From Octopus vulgaris (lineage: Eukaryota), in contig CATOCA020000001.1 in the NCBI GenBank assembly GCA_951406725.2, positions 2,790,001 through 2,854,000 of the forward strand: DNA of 64,000 bases, given 5' to 3'. The first letter of the stretch is position 1; every line of letters begins with the position of its first letter. Shown here one piece after another: positions 57,321 through 64,000 of the stretch. The notes under the pieces are model-generated. The model was not told the DNA's origin, did no database searches, and saw only the letters and a program-made list of their open reading frames with translations. The position numbers were made by a program, and so were the translations under genes.

Positions 57321-57954
57321 ATCCAGATGGTCTGTGAAGGACATAGGCAATGTCAAAAAAGATCAAACCAAAACTAGGCTGAAAGATTCTTGCTCAAGGT
57401 GTGATGGAGTTGGATTGAACTCAATACTAACATGTCAGGATTATGATGTGAACTTATTAATCACCTGGTCGTGTACCCCTCCCACAGACCTGTCAGAGAT
57501 GTAGATGCAAAACTGTGCGCGTGGTGGGCAAGTAATATAATTGGTAGGTTTGGATCCAGCTGAGGTAGAAATAATAAACCCCATGGAACTGAAGCTGGCA
57601 GAATGAACCAGAATCAAAATTATTTCCTAAATGATACGGAAGGAAAAAAGGGCACAGAATTGAGGGGTGGGATGTGAAAGACAGAAATTGTGAGGAAATT
57701 TTCCAATGTATGAAACATAAAAAGATTAGAAACAAAATGAAGGAAACCTGCCCACCTCACTTTTCTTTTTCCATGAGGTACGGAACTTTGAAGGACAGTT
57801 GTTCCAAAAATTATGTCCAGAATGGAGTGCCAGACTAAATGCTTTGTTCTATTTAGTTCTGTTCCTCTGCATTCTGAGTTCAAATCTCACACAAGTCAGC
57901 TTTAACTTTAATCCAACAGGTATCAATAAAATAAATTATACTAGAATAGCTTGC

Positions 57955-59030
57955 CAATAACATCACATTTCTCCTTTCTTTTGATTATCTTTATTCTTCT
58001 ATTGGAAAAGGGGATTATCACATTGACTCCTCTTCCTTTTGTTTTTGTACAGGTGCATTATACATGCATCTTTGAACTGCTGGGGAACAGATCCAGTTTC
58101 CCAGATCAAACAGATCAATTTGCACAGTTTATTTACAATTTGTCTGCTACCATGCTTGCACACCTCTATGGGAATATCGTCTTGTCCAAGATCTTTACCA
58201 TTGGAAAGTTTTTCAATAACAGTACTTGTCTCTTGCAAGGAAGGATGTTCCACTAGTTCTTCAGCATTGCGAGTGGATTCTTGATTTGATACAGATTTAA
58301 AGTGTTCAGGTAATCTTTTTAGAATTTCATCTTTCCTACTTATGAGTTGTGTTACATCGTTAGAGAGAATAGATTCTGTACTACCTTTTTTTGGACCAAA
58401 CACATTTTTCAGAATGTTATACAGTGTTCTCAAGTTGTGAGAGTTAGCAGCCTGTTCCAATTCTTGGGCTTGTTTCGTCCACCAAACTTTTCATCTCATG
58501 CAGTTTTCTGCATAGATTTTCTCTAGAGATGTATAGGAATCTGGATGTTGGCAAATTTTTGTCTGAGATCCATGTCTTTTGTCTCTTGTGCAAAGTTTCT
58601 AGGAGAGGTTTAATTTGAGAATCATTCTTGTTGGTGTTTGTGCTTCACAAATTCTAGAACTACTTCAGCAGATGATTTGATGCTGTCACGTATATTGTGC
58701 CACCACATTTTTAGGCATTCCTCTATTTCTGCAAGCTTTGAATTTAAATGTATTTCAAAATTTTTTATCATTTCTAGATTTTTTAAAGAAGCAATGTTTA
58801 TTCTCGGATGTAAACTGGATTTTAGTGGCCTCTTTCCATATGGATTAACAAATACCTTGCTGTGAATCATTCTGTGATCCAAGTAACACTTGGATGTTAT
58901 GTGAGTTCTGGTGAACCCGAAATCACTGCAATCATTGTTCTTAGTTATAACATAGTCCACATATATCAGTGACCAGATCAGGGATGCTTCCAGGTGCTTT
59001 TGTATTTATTTGCCTACATAAACACTGCAT
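57955..59030 (-). mobile_element. RTE-clade LINE remnant (APE end to RT start)
   Basis: DYVIT...DHRMIHSK...; LYNILKNVFGP...HFKSV...DDIPIEVCKHG...IWETGSVPQQFKDACIMHLYKNK..RSQCDN. Confidence 0.85.
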
Positions 59031-59034
59031 CTGG

Positions 59035-61045
59035 TGCTGTTCCAGTCCCATTCATCTAGAGGTCATGTGTCTGTAGGTGAAGCCTCACTGAACAGCAGAA
59101 TTCAAATGCCACCCAAGGAGAAGGTTGCTGGTCGGTACCAGTTTTTTTGGAAATCAATTAAAGGCAGAAAGAAGAGAGTGACAGAATTATTGAAAGAGGT
59201 GACACTACTGTGAAGAGATAAGCTGAATTTTCCAATCATTTCCCGGCTCAAAAATGTGCTTCATTTGTATGACAAATGCACCTAAAAAAGACAATTTGAG
59301 CCATTAGAGGAACTGTTCAATATCAACAAAGTCTGCAATGAATGGCTCAATGCTGATGATAAAATGCTTTACTCTATGCAACTCCAAAGCCAGGGCAAAA
59401 TGGGTTATTCAACAAGTAAAGCTGCAAGCAAGCACACTATCCATAATTCCAAGAGGAGATGCTCGGATGCTGAAGCCTCCCATTCTTTATCAAACTCATC
59501 AACCCTGAAGTGACTCTGAAGAAGAAGAGATTGAAGAGTACAATTATGGTGAAGATGACAGAGTTGATCAAAACGATATAGATAGTGATGTCACTTATTC
59601 TTCCACAAGAAGGAACAATAAATCTGCAATTGGTATGAGATTTGTAACTGAAACAAATGTCTCTACCTACAAAGCTGCGAAAATCTGCAAAGAATTGTCA
59701 GAGGAGGACATTGATATCCCAGCTTCTAGTCAGCAAGGCATTTTACAATGCACTGTTTGAGAAAGCTGGTGTAATGACGAAACACTTGATCAATACACTA
59801 AGCAATCAGAAATGGGACCTGCATTTTGATGGTAAACATATTGACGGAAATGAATATCAAGTGGTAATCATCAAGACAAAACAAGTGAAATTAAGCTGGC
59901 TGCTCTGAAGCTGTGTGGTGACAAGGTCGAGACCATTGCAGAGGGATTGAAAAGCATCTTGGATGAATTTCACTTTTAGGGTGAAATCTTAATGATTATT
60001 GCTGATACGACGAGTGTGAATACCGGATGAAAGAGTTGGGTAGTGGTTAGACTGCAGAGAATTTCTTGAGCAAATGCTATGATGAGCCACAATTCATGAG
60101 CAACCAACACCGTGTCTTGGACAGAATCCTGCATATTTTTATGGATGAAGAGCTAGCTAGTGCAAGCAATTCACTCAACATCGGATATTTTCTTGTCAAA
60201 GAACTCATGACAAGTTATGAAGAACTCCAAGGCTCCTTCCAGAATGGAAATCGTCATAGTAGATCAAGCAGGTTGGAGAGATGATATGAAGTTTCTGCTT
60301 CACTTAACCCATGCCTTCAAGTTCTTCCATGGAAAGAGAGACATCCCTTTCATCAAGTTTCAGAAAATTCCAAACATCAGTAATGCCAGATGGAATTTGC
60401 AAACAATCCTAGCCCTTCTTATATTTTTACTTACGTCACATGTGAGAGATTGCAGATGGTCTGCCAGTTCATCTCATATGACTGGGCAGACCACTGGTTC
60501 AGTGACCAAGTGTATAGAGCTGAAGATTATGCAGAGCTATCACAAACCTTACTACTCTACAAGACTTCTTTGAAATGCTTGACAAATCACTGGAAACAAG
60601 AGCCCTCAAAACTAAAGATTAGCAGAAGCAATTAATGCTATGAGTGAGCAATTAAGGTCATGCAAGAACTACACACCACATGCAAGAACAAAGCTAACCT
60701 GCCATTGAGTTTCATTCTCTCTATTAGACTTGCCGCAACTTGACTATTGACTAATTTGACTTTATATGACTTACCTTCTTTTTATTGGTCTGGAATGTAG
60801 AATATAATTCTTTTAACAGTTATGGATCTTTTTTTCCTTTATTGTTTATTATTCTATCAGGGTCCTAGTTTTTGGAAACCCACCCAAAAGCAACCAAATA
60901 TAAAAATTTCAAAGTTAGTCATGAGTGAACTTTTTTGAGCAAATAGAAAAAAAACATTGATTTTCATAGTCTTCTAGCAAAAACTCGACAGAATATGATA
61001 CAGGACTACGGAGTTACAAAAAAGTTGTATCCTCAGTGCACACAG
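59035..61045 (+). mobile_element. Decayed DDE DNA transposon, hAT-related (hATm-like) transposase
   Basis: WDLHFDGK (D1), IIADTTSVNTG (D2), PQF..QHRVLD (CxxH-like), RSN*CYE*AIKVMQE (E); many stops and frameshifts. Confidence 0.7.
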
Positions 61046-61054
61046 CACGTTGAG

Positions 61055-61200
61055 ATACTGTGACCAGGTTTTGGGTAGGTGTTCTGCTTGCTATGGGCAG
61101 GTCTTCTTGAGCATGGCAGGGCACCAACCCTCCCAATCCATTGTCATCTCTTCTGTAAGGCTCAGCATTTTGAGATCAGTTTGCACAACCTCATCCCATA
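61055..61200 (-). mobile_element. RTE-type LINE 3' remnant
   Basis: Minus strand WDEVVQTDLKMLSLTEEMTMDW, homologous to the region around 62620-62695. Confidence 0.6.
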
Positions 61201-61409
61201 CTGGTGACAAAGATCTCTAATTGCATTTACTAAGACATCTGAAGATGATGCAATACTACTATTTAGTGCATCATTTTTATGAAACAAACAATTAGTATTG
61301 CATCATCTTTGAAGGAATGATGAAACATTGCATCATAATTCAACAAGTATAAAACATTGACAGCCTGCCAACTATTCATTTGTCCTTTGTAATCCTTCCA
61401 CGAAATATC

Positions 61410-61965
61410 AAAGAATCAAAAGCTAAGCCTTGAAGAGATTTCACAATTGTTATCCAGCTTCCATAAAGAATGGGAAAAAATTATTTGTGATGAATCTTCT
61501 TTTCCTGAAGATGATAATGAAAGTGATCCTGCCAATATTGCCTGTTCAGAATTGGATATGATGAGAACAAAATGATTCTTCAAATCCTTCGATGATGCAT
61601 GTAGAACATTATTTGAAGGATAAGTCTGAAACTGAAAGGACTCAGGAAGAACACTATTGAAAGGGCACAAGAAGAACTCCATCCTACAATGTTTACATGA
61701 ACAGCTTGGACCTTCCCATTTTGCAAGTAGATTTTATGATTCAGCTCTTTCATCATTTATATTATTCATGAAGCCAAATCTGGAAATCCAAATATGGACA
61801 AATGCTGAAGGAACTTGGGTCTATAAAGATAAGTGAATAGAAATAAACTCTGCTGAATTTAGAAAGTCTATTGGATTGATTATTCTTATTGTAGTTTCCA
61901 AATCAAATCATGCAAACATTACTCAAACTTAGAGTTTTGGAGACAGACACCCCCTTTGCAAATAC
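61410..61965 (+). mobile_element. piggyBac-type transposase N-terminal remnant
   Basis: Acidic N-terminus, GPSHFA, IWTNAEG.WVYKDK*IEINSAEFRKSIGLIILIVVSKSN...S...RHP. Confidence 0.7.
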
Positions 61966-62174
61966 ACACACATGAATGCATAAATGTACATATAAACTTA
62001 TATATGAATACATACATCCACATGCACATATATATTGGTGACGTACACAAATACATAACAGGTATATATAATACTGAAATAAGCAACCCATATTGATTCC
62101 TGTGTGTAGAAATCAATGGCTTCATAAAGTACAACTGTAACAACTAATGGGAAACAAACGCATACATACATACA

Positions 62175-63650
62175 TCATCATTTAACGATGCTAGCATGAG
62201 TTGGATGGTTCGACCAGGGTCTGGGAAGCAAGGAGGCTACACCAGGCTCCAGTCTGATCTGGCAGTGTTTCTACAGCTGGATGCCCTTCCTAAAGCCAAC
62301 CACTCCGTGAGTGTAGTGGGTGCTTTTAACGTGCCACCGGTACGGAACCCATCGGTCATGTTCGGATGGTGCTTTTTATGTGCCACAGGCACAGGTATCA
62401 CAACTACAATTTCCATTTGATTTTTATTTTGATGTTGATGTATTTGACTCAGTAGGTCTCCTTAAGCACAGCAGGTCACCCTACAATCCAAGGTAAGCAC
62501 AGCAGGCCGTCCTGCAGTCGAAGGTACTTTGGATGGGTTGGGGCTGCTATGTGAAGCTGGTGCAGGAAACAGCCATGAACTCACGTTATCTGTCAGGTCT
62601 TCGCAGTCACAGCATATCTCCAGAGATCTCGGTCTTTCATCATTGTCTCTGTGAGGCCCAATGTTCAAAGGTCATGCTTGACCACCTCATCCCATGTATT
62701 CCTGGGTCTACTTCTACCCTGGATTCCTTCAACTGTTTGGGAGTGGCACTTCTTCACTCATCTCTCCTCATCCATCCATAGTACATGACCATACCAGTGC
62801 AAACATCTTTCTTGCATGCCACATCTGATGCTTCTTGTGTCCAGCATTTCTCTCAGAGCACTTACACTCTGTCGTCTGTGCACACTGACATTACACATCC
62901 AGCGGATAATACTAGCTTCATTTCTTTCAAGCCTACACATGTCCTCTGCTGTCACAGTTCATATTTCACTACCTTGAAGCATGGCAGTTCACACACATGT
63001 GTCATACAATCTACCTTTCACTCTGAGCGAGAGACCCTTTGTCACCAGTAGGGGTAGAAACTTTCTAAACTTTGCCCAGGCTATTCGTATTCTAGTGGTG
63101 ACACTCTCTGAGCATCCACCCACACTACTAACTTGGTCACCTAGGTAGTGGAAACAATCAACTACTTCTAATTTCTCCCCCTGGAGTGTGATGGAATCTG
63201 TTTTCTGAGCATCTGTGGTGTCTATTGCCCCTGTGCATCTGCTGCACATGAAAGCTATCTTCTCAGTTAGTTTTCCTCTGATGTTGCTACACCTCTTATG
63301 CGTCCATAGCTTACATTGGGTACATCTTAAAGAGTTTCTACCTACACCTTTTCTACAGATTGAGCGGGGCCACCTACTTAAGGGTGTGTGTGATGAGTTC
63401 ACCTTCCTACTTAAATAACTTTGGTCTTCGCTACATTTACTATAAGGCCTTTTGATTCTAAACCTAACTTCCACACCCAAAATTTCTTTTCTAGTTCCGG
63501 TAGTGATTCTGTTATGAGGGCCAGGTCATCAGTATAGAGGAACTCCCAGGGGCAACCCATCTTGAATTCCTCTGTTATTGCCTGGAGGACTATGATGAAT
63601 AAAAGGGACTGAGGGCTGAACCTTGGTGGACCCTTACTTCTACCCAGAAT
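62175..63650 (-). mobile_element. 5'-truncated RTE-clade LINE (RT C-terminal half, 3'UTR, (GAT)n tail)
   Basis: QGS.LSPFLFIIV...LYTDDLAL, FHYLGD...RIRIAWAKF...KGRLYDTCV, RLERNEASIIRWMC...WYGHVLW; tail gttaaatgatgatg. Confidence 0.9.
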
Positions 63651-64000
63651 TATTCACTTATATTAATATAACAAATAAAAATAAAAATTTAAAAAATATA
63701 CAAAACATACAGAAATCAATGAAGAGAGAAAAGAAACAGTAAGATGATAGATGTTGACTTCATCAGGTATTTCTGTTTATTTCGAAACCTACAATGAACA
63801 GGTCATTTCACAGATGCTAAACTATAAATTTCACAGGGTAAAACATTAAAATTGACACCACTAAGTTGAGAATGCTACATCACAGAAAATTTCTGTCTCA
63901 CTATTGGCTAAAAATACACAGTTTTTTTTAAAGTTTTCATCAAATTTTTTCTCCACAAGTACATGGCTTCACAGGAATAAGCATGTAAACTACATCAATA

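Overview
This is eukaryotic, repeat-dense animal DNA. The SINE/LINE repertoire and the extreme TA/CA/CT microsatellite load suggest a cephalopod (Octopus-like) genome, which is inferred from recalled repeat families. No intact protein-coding gene is visible. Half the window (793-32441) is about 260 head-to-tail copies of a 121-bp unit made from the last ORF2 codons plus the start of the 3'UTR of one short 5'-truncated CR1/L2-type LINE. The array is bounded by a 7-bp microhomology (AAGCATG), followed by the rest of the LINE 3'UTR and a TTA-rich tail, and flanked by a candidate TATAATT target-site duplication. It has a layered variant structure (ancestral at the edges, derived in the centre) and incipient higher-order repeats. 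It appears to interrupt a CpG-containing unique segment that may be a minus-strand first exon. Two smaller tandem arrays follow (CT-rich ~130 bp; 171 bp). The rest is a graveyard of TE fragments: mariner, Tigger, hAT-like, piggyBac, RTE, R4/Dong, CR1-like LINEs, Penelope GIY-YIG pieces with degenerate hammerhead-like motifs, and tRNA-derived SINEs. It also holds a decayed intronless ubiquitin-specific-protease (USP/C19) domain next to a 152-bp inverted repeat. All family assignments come from manual motif reading, not database searches.
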